From assembly GCF_009914755.1 (NCBI RefSeq), contig NC_060925.1: 64,000 bases of DNA; one strand, given 5' to 3'. Numbering within the stretch: position 1 is the first letter of the stretch; each line of letters starts with the position of its first letter. The notes beneath the pieces were generated by a model that did no database searches, was not told the origin of the DNA, and saw only the letters and a program-made list of their open reading frames with translations. Positions 29,816-43,072 of the stretch are shown here, in pieces. Source of the DNA: the human T2T-CHM13v2.0 reference genome, Homo sapiens. The position numbers and the translations under genes are program-made.

Positions 29816-32386
29816 TAGAATGGTGATTACCAGAGGCTGGGGAGCGTAGAAGAGAGGGGAGAAGGCGAGAGGCTGTTTAACAGGTACAAAGTTAGTTAGG
29901 ATATATTAATTCAATTGTACAGCAGAGTGAGCATAGTTAACGATAATGTATTTCACATTTCAAAATAGCTAGAAGCAAGGATTTTGAATGTTCTCACCAC
30001 AAAGATATAAATGTTTGAGATGATGAATTTGCTAATTACCCTGATTTGATCATTACACAATGTATACATGTGTCAAAACATCACATTATACCCCATAAAT
30101 TTGTGCAATTATTATGTGTCAATTAAAAACAAAATGAAACTTTTAAAAACACAGATATATAGGAGAAATATAGAATTTTCTCTGACAATGTATAAATATA
30201 TTTTTTATTTTCTAAACTTTGTGACCTTTTGTATTTATCAGCATTGTAATTTGTAAATTTTTATCTCATTCTAATAGAGTACTCACTGTTTAATCTGATT
30301 ATGTACTTATAATTTTATATTATTGCTCTTCAAGAGAGCACCTTAAAGTACATAAATTTTTTGATTTATAATTATTGACCTATACCTGTCTATAGGGAGG
30401 GTTCAACCTCTTAACTCTACCCATTAACCCCCAGCACATAAATCCACATTTTTAACTTCTTCAGATAATTCACATTGACTTATATGTAGCAGAATTTCAG
30501 TCATTCAGAGGAACAGAGCGGAAAAAGAATCTGGAAATCTGAATGCCTTTCAAAGCTATTTTCTCATATTCTTTTTTTTTCTTTCTAAGAAGCCTGATTA
30601 TCATGGTCACTACTTCTTTCTGACTGTAGTAACAAACTTAATTTTCTTCCTTGTTTTAGCTTCATACCATGTACTTTATAGAAGGAAGGTATGGAATCTA
30701 AGTAGCTAAATAACAGACAAATCTTGACATGTAAACTAGGAACAGCTCCAGAGGAAAATTTACTTTCTAAAAGTAAATATTTACGTTAAGATTGAAAACA
30801 GTCTAAAATTTGTAGGATTCACTGAAATATGTCTGTTTTTTGAGCAAGAGCTTGGTATCAGAAACAATGAAACTTTATGAAAATACTAACTCTCTAGCAC
30901 ATCCTGGCTTCCTTAATCTATTGAACCAGAATGGTTAGGGGTCCCCTCACTGTATTTAAAGTTCTCAAAATGAGACAGGTACAACCTCTTCCAATGTGTA
31001 TTCTGTAAAATCTAACCTAGTAGTCCCCTGTCTATACAATGTGTTACTGAATCTCTGAATTAACCCCCTAGTTGGTGAGGTATGTCCTATTATCTTTATT
31101 AGTCATTATTGTAAGTATAAGCCTCTTGATTGACCCAAAGACTATTTGTTTTAAACTTTCTCTTCTCAATTATTTTTTAATATTTATTAAGAAACTGTTG
31201 CTAAATACTGTGCAAGAAAATTTAATCATATTTTTCTTGAGCCCTTATTCCAATTCTGTTGTGGATTGAATTGTCTCCCCAAAAAGAATATGTTGAATTT
31301 CTAACCCACAGTATCTCAGAATGTGTTCCTATTTGAAAATACAGTCATTACAGATGTAATTACAAGTCTGACTCAGACCACCATGATAAAGCAAATAACA
31401 CAATAAAGCAAGCAACACCAATTTCTAGGTTTCCCAGTGCATATAAAAGTTGCTTTTATACTATGTCTTCATCTTTTAATTGTGCAGTAACATTATGTCT
31501 AAAAATGTACATATATTAATGAAAAATTACATTATTGCTATAATGCTAGCTGTCATCAGGGCCCTCGGTGAGTTGTAATCTTTATTGCTGGTGGAGGTCT
31601 TGGCTCAAATGTACATAGCTGCTGACTGATCCGTATGGTGGTAGCTATAGGCTGGTGTAGTTGTGGCAATTTCTTAAAATAAGATAACAATAAACTTTGT
31701 CACATTGATTGACATCAATCCTTTCCAATTCTGACACGGCTTTATCAACTAAGTTCATGGGATGTTCCAAATCATTTGTTATTTTAACGGTATTTACAAC
31801 ATCTTCACCAGTAGTAGTTTTCATCTCAAGAAACCAGTTTATTTGTTCATCCATAAGAAGCAAGTCCTCATTAATTCAAGATTTACCATGAGATTATAGC
31901 AATTCGGTTATATCTTTAGGTTCCAATTCTAGTTTTCTTACTATTTCCGCCATATTTGCAGTGACTTTCTTCACTGAAATTTTGCACCTTACAAAATCAT
32001 CTATGACGGTTGAAATGAACATGTTCTAAACTCCTATTAATTTTGATATTTTGACATCCTCTCGTGAATCATGAATGTTTTAATGGAATCTAGAATGGTG
32101 AATGCTTTCTAAAGAGTTTTAAATTTACCTTACCCAGATCCACCAGAGGAATCACTATCTATGGCATTACAACTTTACAAAATGTATTTCTTAAGTAAGA
32201 TTTGAAAGTTAAAATTACTTTTCATCCATGATCTACAAAATAAATATTGTGTTAGCAAGAACAAAACATTCATCTTCATGTACATCTCCATCAGAGCTCT
32301 TGGGTGATCAGGTGTATTGTTAATGAACAGTAATATTTTGGAGGGAGATTTTTTTTTTCTTAGGAGTAAATCTCAACAATGGGCAT

Positions 32387-32756
32387 TGATAAGGCTTGGC
32401 TCTGTGTCCCCATCCAAATCTCACCTTCAATTGTAATAATCTTCATGTGTCAAGAGGGGAACCTCGTGGGAGGTGATTAGATCATGGGGGTGGTCCCCCA
32501 TGCTTTTATCATGTTAGTGAGGGAGTTTTCAGGAGTCTGATGGTTTTATAAGGGGCTTCCCTCACTCTTCGCTCAGCAATCATTTTCTCACAGAGAACCC
32601 CCCTGCTTCTCTGTGAAGAAGTGCCTTCCACTCTAATTGTAAGTTTCCTGAGGCCTCCCCAGCCAGGCAAAACTGTGAGTAAATTAAACCTCTTTTCTTT
32701 ACAAATTAGCCAGTCTCAGGTATTTCTTCATAGCAGTGTGAGAACAGACTGATACA
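32387..32756 (+). mobile_element. THE1D-like MaLR solo LTR inside Tigger1
   Basis: TGATAAGGCTTGGCTCTGTGTCCCC...GAGAACAGACTGATACA, 370 bp, degenerate 5-bp TSD GGCAT/GGTTT. Confidence 0.9.
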
Positions 32757-33947
32757 GGTTTAAAACTCATTGAACATTGCTCTAAATAGATGCACTACCA
32801 TCCAGGCTGTGCTTAATTTACAGAGCACAAGCAGAGTAAATTTAGTATAATTACTAAGGGCCTTAGGATTTTTGGAATGTTGAATGAGCATTGGCTTCAA
32901 CTTAAAGTCATCAGCTTCACTAGCTCCTAAAAAGGTAGTCAGCATGTCTTCGAAAGCCAAACATTGACTTTTCCTCCTTAGCTATGAAAGTTCTAGATGA
33001 CATCTACCAGTAACAGAACGTTTTGTCTACACAAAAATCTCGTTTAGTGTAGCCACTCTTATCAATGATCTTAGGTACATCTTCTGGATAACGTGCTAAA
33101 GTGACTACTTCACGACTTGCTGCTTCATCTTGCAATTTTATGTTACGGAGACAGCTTCCTTCCTTAAACATCATGAACCAACCTTTGCTTGCTTGAAACT
33201 TTTCTTCTGCAGCTTCCTTACCCCTCTCAGCTTTCAAAAAATTGAAGAGATTTAGGGATTTGCTCTGGATTATGCTTTGACTTAAAGAAATATTGCATCT
33301 GGCTTCTTGTTCTACCCAGACCAAACTTTCTCTATATTAGTAACAAGGCTTTTTGCTTTTTTTTTTTTTTTTTCTCATTTGTGTGTTCTGGAGTAGTACC
33401 TTATATTCCCTTCAAAAACTTTCTCTTTTCATTTACAACTTATCCAACTGGTGCAAAAGGTCCAGCTTTTAACCTAAGCTTTTGATTTGACTTCTTCAAT
33501 AAACTTAATCATTTCTAGCTTATGATTTAAAGTGAGTTCCTGGGATTCATCCTTCCACTTGAATACTTACAGGCCAATATGGGGTTATTAATTGGCTTAA
33601 TTTTATTATCATGTGTCTCAGGGAATAGGGAGGCCTGAGGATAGGGAGAGAAGCAGGGGAATGGTTGGTTAGTGGATCAGTTAGAACACACATTTATCAA
33701 TTAAGTTTCCTGTGTTACATGGGCATAATTTGTGGTGCCCCAAAACAGTTATAACAGTACCATAAAAGGTCATTGATTATATATTACCATAACAGGTTTA
33801 ATAATAAAAATATTTGAAATATTGTGAGAATTATGAAAATGTATCACAGAGACATGAAGTGAGCACATGCTGTTAAAAAAAGTCACTGATAGATTGGCTG
33901 GATATAGGATTGCACAAACTGTTAATTTTTAAAAAGTACAGTATCTG

Positions 33948-34295
<348 letters not shown>

Positions 34296-34639
34296 TTAAA
34301 ATGAGGTAATTCTTGGTTAGAGTGGGCTCATATTGCAGCGTGACTGGTGTGCTTATCAAAAGAGAAGAGACACAGAGACAGAGACACAGGGAGAATGACA
34401 TCTGCAACAGAGGCAGACAGTCCAAATTAAAGAAGCATTGCTGGCAAGCTTATAAAAGCTAGGAGAGAGGCAAGAAATGATTCTTTCATACAGGTTTCGG
34501 AAATAGTATGGCACTGCTAACACCTTGTTCTTGAATTTCTGGCCTCAACTGCTGTGAGATGATAAATGTTTGTTGTTTTAAGCCACGCTGTTTTTGTTAC
34601 TTTGTTGCAGCACACCTAGAAAACTAATATAAATTTTGT

Positions 34640-34745
34640 GAGAAAGATTGTCATTTCTATCAGGGGCTCAGAAAGGTTAAATAAATTATCCAAGTTTACC
34701 ATATTGATGGTAAGTAATATTGTCTGTGTCAAACCCAGTGTTTTT
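34640..34745 (-). mobile_element. MIR core remnant
   Basis: GGCTCAGAAAGGTTAAATAAATTATCCAAG...TCAAACCCAG. Confidence 0.6.
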
Positions 34746-37547
34746 TCACTGTATTTCTTGTTGTTTTAAAAATCACATAAAACTTCTGTATAACTCATGA
34801 AATCTACTATGATAAAATATGATAAAAACAAATATTTCATAACGTCTTTGAGTGGAATCTAGTGTGTATTCTTCTCTCAAGAATAAATAGCAGTAGAGTG
34901 TTTCCTTTTTTATGAGTAAAAGAGAAAGTACTGATATTCTCTTGTGTCTCTAATTGGATGCCATATGTTGAACTCTGTCAACCCTTTTCATCCTTCTGCC
35001 CTCTGTGACACCCCTTGAAATCAATAAGAATGTTAAAATTAAATCAGACTATATGTGTTGAGAGAATCATAAAATCTGTATAATCCAGATACTCTGGTTA
35101 ATGACTGAACACATGAAAAGAACAGTAGAACTCTATTTATATAAAACCAACATTTGTCCTCATTTGTAGTAGCAACCTTTAATGTCTTTTCTGTTAACAT
35201 CAGTTTTGAGGAAATGTTTTATATCCATCATTTTTAGAAACATTTCTCAGTTGCAGTTTGGAATAGAAATGAAAGCACTCATAGAATTGTTTTGCTGTGT
35301 ATGAATGCAGATACAAAGTGATATTTAGGGAGAAAAAATGGAAGTATATAGTTTAGCAAAATAAGCTTTTGAGAACATTTTATTTCAGTTGGTTTATGCA
35401 ATGAAATACATTTATACAAAAGAGACCCTTAAAATGAGACTACTTTGGAGTTTTAATTACTATAAGCTAATGTCAAAAATGTTATAATAAAATTCTCACC
35501 TATAAAAGGTGTGAGATACAATTATCAGTGACAATGTGAGATTTTATTTTAATTAATTTAATCTGTATTTGATGGAGTAAATTGAACACACAATTTAGCA
35601 GTATTGGCAATCTACATATTCTGGACCTTCCCATGGATTATTGAGTTTCCTAAAATAACCTAAATATATTTAAGTTCTGGATCACATATCATCTCCTGAA
35701 AGAAAATGAAATCCCATGGCTAATATAATCATCAAAAGAAAATTTGTGCTACAATTGCATCATTTTAATTTCATTTCCTGCTATGTCTCTAAGACTTTTT
35801 GGTAAAAGTTTTGCATCTTTTAAAATGAATCTATTCAATTTTCAATATATTCTAAAATGAAAAATGCCAGGCGATTAGACAAAACACAAACTAAGTCTGC
35901 AAGTTCATGTGGAAAGGTCAGCTGAACTGAGTGAGATTTTTAGAGGTCGACTGGCTAGTGGTCGATATGCAAGTGTGAACATTTCTGAAGTTAAATTTTC
36001 AGCCTTAGCTTCATGTCCTATTACTGGCTAGGAGAATGATAACACATTAAAACTAGTCCAGTTAATGTTAAAGTTAGAGAACAAATTTAATGAATATGCC
36101 CCCTTTTTGCAGAAAGGAAAAAAATGTAGCAATCAAAAGTTATAATCTCATGGAATATGTAGATCTGCTTCATAGTATATTGCCTAATGAAACAAAGATA
36201 TAATTTTCCCTTGTGGTTTTTGAATACATACATACTTGCATATATTCTTGTCAGTTATTTCTCTTTTACATCACTTGTTTTCTGCTTGGCTCTTAAACAA
36301 AATTCCAAACAACCCTGAATTGTGTCTGAGTGTTTATTTTAAAACTCCTTGAATGTAGACAAGTCCTTTGAATTCTAACCTAACTCATGTTGTAACATCT
36401 TCTTAATTCAACATTTGTTAGGTGGCTTCAGGCCAGGTTGAGAGTAATTTTGGTACCAGGTATGTAGGCAAACATCTTAGCCTCTCTGATTGAGGTTGAT
36501 TCTAAATGTGAAGAGTGTCTTTGCACTCATAAATCAGCTGAAATCTCTTTATGTAGAACTATAATATGTTAAATATGTATTTCTAAATTTTCATATTTTA
36601 GTATCTTCTTGGATGTTAGGAAATTATGTCAAATGTCTGAAGTTCATAACTTGAGCTGCAGGATTGCTAAAGAGAAAATATCTTGTCAGTACATTCTTTT
36701 AAAAAGATCCATATGTTTGGGACATTTACATATAAATGGTTTGGAATAAGCTCCAGTTATTGTTTGATATTGGGTTTAACTAAACTGGGCACAATGCCAA
36801 ATTTGCCATGGCTGGAATCCTTTATTATCACATTCAATGGTGATTATGCTTGAAGGAGAGAATGAGAAGACGTCTGCATCAGAAGTCTGCCCAGGGGCAC
36901 CCTTATAGAGTAGGTTGAACGTCTACAAAAAATAAATTTGCACTAACTTCTGTGTCATTTGATTCATTACCTAACAACAAACCAGGATAGGAAGGTGATG
37001 TCTTAGGAATGCTTCAGAAACAAATTTTTAATTATTTATTCTATTTTTAAATTTAAGAGTGTTTTTCTGATATTTTATTTTTTCTTTTTTTTTGTGAATT
37101 ATCATTTTTGTTTTGTTTAAATTTACTTAGCTTCCCCTGTAAATCAACGTAAGTAGCCTAGTGCAGTTTTGTCACAATATTGGCAATGAACTCGTGTGTT
37201 TCTGAGACTCAGGTTTTGTCTATGTCAAGCTTCCTCAATAAAGTAACTATTGACTCACAAAAATTGGTCAATAAATTTCACCTCTCAAGAGACTCTGAAT
37301 TTTAGTGGTAATAATGTTTACACACAATATATTCATAAGCTTTTCTCGTGCCCCAATATTTAAATTCACACAAACATTCAAATTAAACATGACTTACACA
37401 TTGAATTATCTTTGACATGGGAATAATGTCGACATAAAATATTTTTAAATGTTTCAGAACACATTAAGTTTTTCAAACTTACGTCTTATTTTTAACATTG
37501 ATTAACTTATAGTTTATCCAGTCAAAGCATTCTAGGGACTATAACTA

Positions 37548-37685
37548 CTGTTGTTAAGGACGTAGACATTAAAAGCAAACTGCGTGGCTTGATACTGAAA
37601 TTCTACTACTAGTTTGGTGACCTAGGAAATCACTTAACATACTTGTATTTCAATTTTCTTGTGTATGAAATGAAGTTACTAGTAT
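37548..37685 (+). mobile_element. MIR remnant
   Basis: GTGACCTAGGAAATCACTTAAC...TCAATTTTCTTGTGTATGAAATG. Confidence 0.65.
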
Positions 37686-37689
37686 TTAT

Positions 37690-37980
37690 TCGTTTTCTTA
37701 TTTTTTTCTTTCTTGTTTTTCTTAGAGATCAGGGTCTGTTTCTGTCATCCAAGCTGGAGTACAACGATGCCATCATAGCATATTGCAGCTTTAAACTCCT
37801 GGGCTCAGATGCACCTCCCATTTCAGCATCCTGAATAGCTGGGATTTAACAGGTGTGTGAGACCATGCCCAGCTAATTTGTTTATTTATCATTATTATTG
37901 TTTTTTGTATTGATGTGATCTTGCTGTGTTGCCCAGGCATGTCTCTAACTGATGACCTCAAGCGATCTTCTTGCCTTGGG
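37690..37980 (-). mobile_element. AluJ, 5'-truncated
   Basis: ATCATAGC..TGCAGC..AACTCCTGGGCTCA (AluJ-type right arm), with a T-rich tail on the left. Confidence 0.9.
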
Positions 37981-38121
37981 CAACTATTTGTAAATAATGA
38001 GTAAACACTCGATGGGGAGAATGAAAAAAAAAAAAAAACTAGTCTCTTTTTTTCTACTTTTGTCAATTCCTGCTTCTTAAAAGCGGGTATTTTTCATGCT
38101 TTTAGCTGTTTCCTTTGTTTC

Positions 38122-38335
38122 TTAATATTATAAAATTACATGTTAAATATGCTAAATATTATAAAATAATATGCTAAATATTATATGCCAAATATAATTA
38201 TATGCTAAATATATTAATTTAAATATCATTAGCATATTAAATTAAATATGATTAGCATATAAATATTATATGCTAAATGTTATAAAATATGCTAAATATT
38301 ATAAAATTACATGTTAAATATGCTAATATTACTAA
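38122..38335. repeat. AT-rich mixed direct/inverted repeat built from ATATGCTAAAT units
   Basis: Multiple TATGCTAA and TTAGCATA copies. Identical 32-mer at 38124-38155 and 38295-38326. Confidence 0.85.
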
Positions 38336-38339
38336 TTTT

Positions 38340-39850
38340 AGACTGACTTCCTATCGGGAAAAAGGAAGACCTATTTATGCCCCTCATATTATCTCTCTAC
38401 CACAAACACACAGACACATACAGTTCTTCTACCACATGCAAAACAACTTTATAATAGTTTTGTCTAGATCAACATTAATGTAATTATACAAGTATTCAAA
38501 GCTGAGTCAGCAAATAAAATAAAATTACATTTTCTTCTCAACACAATTTGCTTATTTTTCCTGAAGGAAATGACTATTTTTCTTTTGTTTTCTTTTCCAT
38601 TTGCTTAGTTTCTTCTAAGTACTTATGATTAATTCATGCCAAAATTCTGCCAGAAAATTACATTCAATATGTTAACAAATATTCAAATTACTAACCAATT
38701 ATAAATAGTGGTTCTCAGTAGATCTGATGTAGAAGTGATTCTCTTCTTACTATCAAATCAGGGTTTCTTTTTTTTCTCTTTCTTTTTTCCTTTTTTTCCC
38801 CCTTTGTCTCTTTCCTGCACTGATTTCCCTATTTTCTGGATGCTGTTTTTGTTTAAACTCTTTTTCATGAAATTTCCAGTAGTTTCTGAGAAACTGTGAG
38901 CAAGAAGTTGAGTATTTGGAGACCACACATGTCTGAAAATATTTTTACTTCAATATTACATTGATAAAGTGGATAGATATAGAATTCAATGTAAAAAAAG
39001 AGAAGACTTAAAAACTAAAAAATGCTTTCTAGCTTCCAGTTTAGCTTTTCAGATTAAAAATTACTTACATTTTTAAAATATTTTAAGAATGTCGTAATTT
39101 GTATATGTTTGAAAACAAAATATCAAATTCACATTTTTATTTCATCCAATATTCTAAACACTATGGTTAACAAAGTTTTGAGAAATTTTCTGTGTTATAT
39201 TTTGTTGATTTTTTTTCCCCATCCATATTATTCTTCCAACCTTTCTGGAATTTCTAGTTTGGATATTAACCTCCCTGAACTATATCTCAAATTTTAGAAA
39301 TTTATCTCTGATAATTTTTGTAATTAATTTTTTTCATGCTCGGCTTACTGTGAGAATATTCTCAAATTTATATTCTAACTTTATGATTGGATTACTTCAT
39401 ACGCAAAGGCAGATACACCCAGACACAACAATTTTTGTTCTCTTCATGTGACTTTTGTATTGTATTGTTATTTCATGGATATAATATCTTTTCTTATTAC
39501 ATATATACTCTTTCATTATGTGTTTAAGGCTTTACTATGCTCTTTTTTCTCTGATTTTCTGATTTATAACTGCTTTTGTTTAAAATTTTGATTTATAACT
39601 CTACTTCTGTTTTATCAGAGGTTTCATAAAAATTCCATCTGTAGACATTTAAAGCAATAAAACCTGTCCAAAATATCAATATAAGCATGCTCAAACTTTC
39701 AGTGTTAAATTTTATAGTAAGAAGAGCCCATTTGTTTGATTAGTAGAGCTGCAAATTTCAGTGTCTGCTGATTTATGTTTTTGTATTTGCCGTTATACCC
39801 ACAGAGATATTTTAGCATTTTTCAATAGAGAAGTTTCAAGTATTTTTACA
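38340..39850 (-). mobile_element. HAL1/L1ME-like ancient LINE fragment
   Basis: CATGTCTGAAAATATTTTTACT...ATATAGAATTC...TTCTAGCTTCCAGT resembles antisense HAL1/L1 ORF1; very diverged. Confidence 0.55.
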
Positions 39851-40642
39851 GTATTAAAGACAGATAAAGAGCAAAATGGGGGTTTAAATTTTATTTTAAT
39901 TCAAAATTTACTTTAATTATTTTTAGTGTGTTATTGTGGCTCCCTGTAGAAGTGTAGAGTCATTTTAGTTCAAATACTTTAATGATCATCTGCAAGGGTA
40001 CTCTTTAAGTACTTACTGAACGTACTGTGGTACACATCCTTACTTTCTGACACTGAAAGATGGCCCAAACTTATCTTGTATACTTCTTGAACCCATCCGA
40101 GAATTGTATTTAGTGAACTCTGGTTCTTTTAATTGGAAAATGGAAACTAAGATCCAGATCCTTGTTGGGTTACCACGGTGTCATTATTTCTAGACCCTCT
40201 CAAAAGGTCCTCTAGGCCCAGACAAAACAAGGCATAGATACATACACAAATACAGGTGTGTATACTAGTATGTGTACATACGCATTTCTGTAAATATTTT
40301 CTTTTGTTACCAATTTTTCTATATCAGAGTAAGCACAAATTCATACTAGTGTCTCTGACTCTAATCCACTATTATGTGAATTGTTCTGCCCATCTTCTCT
40401 TGCTTACCTGTAACTTCCAACTCACACAGTGAGAAATCTGACTTCTATCATTTGCCATCCATTTGCCTAATTGTTCAATTCCAGTATACATATAAGAGTA
40501 TTCAAACTTTTTATCCAACCCCTGTGGTAAACTATTTTATCAACCAGAATATAATAGCTATGTACAGTTCTTTGCCTTTAGTATCACAAACTCTATTGGA
40601 GTTACTATTCCCTCAACCTTCTTTAGTAAGGTTGTTTCATAC

Positions 40643-40940
40643 TTTTTTTTTTTTTCCTTTGAGATGAAGTCTCACTGTTGCGCAGGCTGGAGTGCAATGG
40701 TGTGATCTCGGCTCACTGAAACCTCCGCCTCCCGGGTTCAAGGAATTCTGCTGCCTCAGCCTCCCAAGTTGCTGAGATTATAGTCGCCTGCCACCATGCC
40801 CACCTAATGTTTGTATTTTTAGTAGAGATGGGGTTTAGCCATGTTGGCTAGGCTGGTCTCAAACTCCAGACTTCAGGTGATCTGCTCACCTCGGCCTTCC
40901 AAACTGCTGGGATTACAGACTTGAGCCACGGCGCCCAGCC
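40643..40940 (-). mobile_element. AluS (Sx/Sq-like)
   Basis: Full antisense dimer, TSD GTTTCATAC at 40634-40642 and 40942-40950. Confidence 0.95.
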
Positions 40941-41106
40941 AGTTTCATACATTTTGAACACAGTCACATTGTTTTGTCACATTCCTCATTCCACAATTGA
41001 ATCATTACACCTCCTACATGATATTTTAAAAATTTGCATTCATTAAGGTTCATATTTTTGTGCCATATAATTCAATGGATTTTGACAAATGCAATGTCAT
41101 GCATCC

Positions 41107-41490
41107 TGCTATAGTATAGATGTTTGCTTCCCTGAACCTCATGTTGAAATTTGATCTATGGTGTTGAAGGTGAGGCCTAATGGAAGGTGTCTGGGTCATT
41201 GGGGCAGAGTCTTTATGAATAAATTAATCCCCTCCCTGTGGTGATGGGGGGGGCCTGAGTGAGTGCTTGGACTGTTAGTTTCTATGAGAGCCGATGGTTA
41301 AAAATAGTCTGCCCCTACTCCCCCTTACATGCTTCCTCTGTCACCGTGTACTCTGCACATACAGGCTCCCCTTTGTTTTCTGCCATGAATGAAAGCAGCC
41401 TGAGGCTTTTACCAGAGGCCCAGTGTTCAAACCAGCAGCACAGTGAGCCAAATAAATCTTTTTTTCTTTATAAATTACCCAGTCTAAGGT
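41107..41490 (+). mobile_element. MSTB-like MaLR LTR
   Basis: TGCTATAGTATAGATGTTTG..CCTCATGTTGAAATTTGATC..AATAAATCTTTTTTTCTTTATAAATTACCCAGTCT; extreme 3' end missing. Confidence 0.8.
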
Positions 41491-41855
41491 TAACCTTTAA
41501 ATAGGAAAAAAAAAATTCCTTGTGCTTCACCTATCCCACACTGTCTGCCCAACCCAAACCCCTGGCAACCGCTGATCATTTTATACTCACTACTGTGTTT
41601 TTCCAGAATTTTGTATTACTGGTATAATACAGTATGTAATCTTTCAGACTGCATCCTTGTACTTAGCAATATGCGTTCAACAACATTCATGTTGTTTCCT
41701 TGTTTGGTAACTCAACCTTTTTAATGTATAATAACATTTAAGTGTATGGTTGTACTGTATTTATTAATTTGTTTATAGAAGGATATCTTGGTTGACTCCA
41801 GCTTTCAGTAACATGAGTAAAATTTCTATAAACATTTGAATTTTTGTGCTGACCT

Positions 41856-43072
41856 TGTGTCCGGAATTGGTGGGTTCTTGGTCTTGCTCACTTCAAGAAT
41901 GAAGCCACGGACCCTTGCGGTGAGTGTTACGGTTCTTAAAGATGGTGTGTCTGGAGTTTCTCGCTTCTGGTGGGTTCGTGGTCTCGCTGACTTCGCGAGC
42001 GAAGCTGCAGACCTTCGCAGTGAGTGTTACAGCTCTTAAAGATGGCGTTCATTCTTTCCGGTGAGTTCATGTTCTCTCTGGCCTCAGGAATAAAGCTGCA
42101 GACCTTCCCAGTGAATGTTACAGCTCATAAAAGTTGTGCGTCCGGAATTGTTCCTTCCTCCTATCCAGAGTTGTTCGTCTTTCACGGAGGGTTCATGGTC
42201 TTGCTGGCCCGAGTAGCTGTCCTTTGCAGAGAGTTCGTGATTTTGCTGGCTTCAGAAGTGAAGCTACAGACCTTTGCCCTGAGTGTTACAGCTCACAAAA
42301 GAAACACACACCCAGAGTGAAGAGCAGCAAGATTTACTGCAAAGTGCAAATGAACAATGCTTCCACAACACAGAAGGGGACCCCAGCAGGTTATCGCTGT
42401 CGGCTTGGGCACCCTGCTTTTATCCCTTTATCTGACCACCCCCACCCCACTCACATCCTGCTGATTGGTCCATTTTCCACAGAGCTGATTGGTCCATTTT
42501 ACAGAGAGCTGATTGGCCTGTTTTTTACAGAGAGCTGATTGGTCCATTTTGACAGGGTGCTGATTGGTGCATTTACAAACCTTTAGCTAGACACAGAGTG
42601 CTGATTGGTGCGTTTGCAATCCTTTAGCTAGACACAAAAGTTCTCCAAGTCCCCACTAGATTAGCTAGACACAGAGTGCTGATTGGTGTGTTTACAATCC
42701 TTTAGCTAGACACAAAAGTTCTCCAAGTCCCCACCCATCCCAGAAGCCCAGCCGGCTTCACCTCTCACTGACACTCCCTGCCCGACTTTGGGGCACCTAG
42801 CCCAGGCACTCTGGCAGCTCAGAGGGAGCTCATCCCCCCATCAAGCCCAGGCAGGCGACAGCTGGCACTGCTGAGTGTGGGACTGGTGGAGCCCGCACCC
42901 ACCCAGAACCCCCACTCCCACCCGTGCCTCTCCCTCCATACCACCCCTCGAGCAGAGGGAGCCGACTCCAGCCTTGGCCAACCCCAGAGAGGGGCCCCCA
43001 CAGTGCAGCCCACACAGAGGCAGAGGAGGAACCAAGAGCGAGCAAGGGCTGCTAGCATGTTGTCATCTCTCA
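41856..43072 (-). mobile_element. LTR12 (ERV9) solo LTR, LTR12D/E-like, 1217 bp
   Basis: Minus strand reads TGAGAGATGACAACATGCTAGC...CCAATTCCGGACACA. Seven CCAATCAG boxes. 4-bp TSD ACCT/ACAT. Confidence 0.93.

Larger units (their letters stand above)
13450..30148 (+). mobile_element. Old L1MA host element in four pieces (13450-14548, 23066-24105, ~28690-29050, 29816-30148)
   Basis: ORF2/3' UTR sequence is colinear across the inserts (AAAATCAGTAG|CACTTCTAC; GAGAGTAGAATGGTGATT|ACCAGAGGCTGG). L1MA-type 3' end. Confidence 0.85.

Noticed and set aside
33004-33324. Tigger transposase ORF as a domesticated TIGD/CENP-B-like gene
   Set aside because: Only short fragments remain, the gene is interrupted by a THE1D LTR, and the element retains a TIR and TA TSDs like a neutral fossil.
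41890-42740. Spaced repeats resembling a CRISPR array
   Set aside because: These are internal U3 and R/U5 tandem repeats of LTR12, and the intervening segments are related to each other rather than unique spacers.
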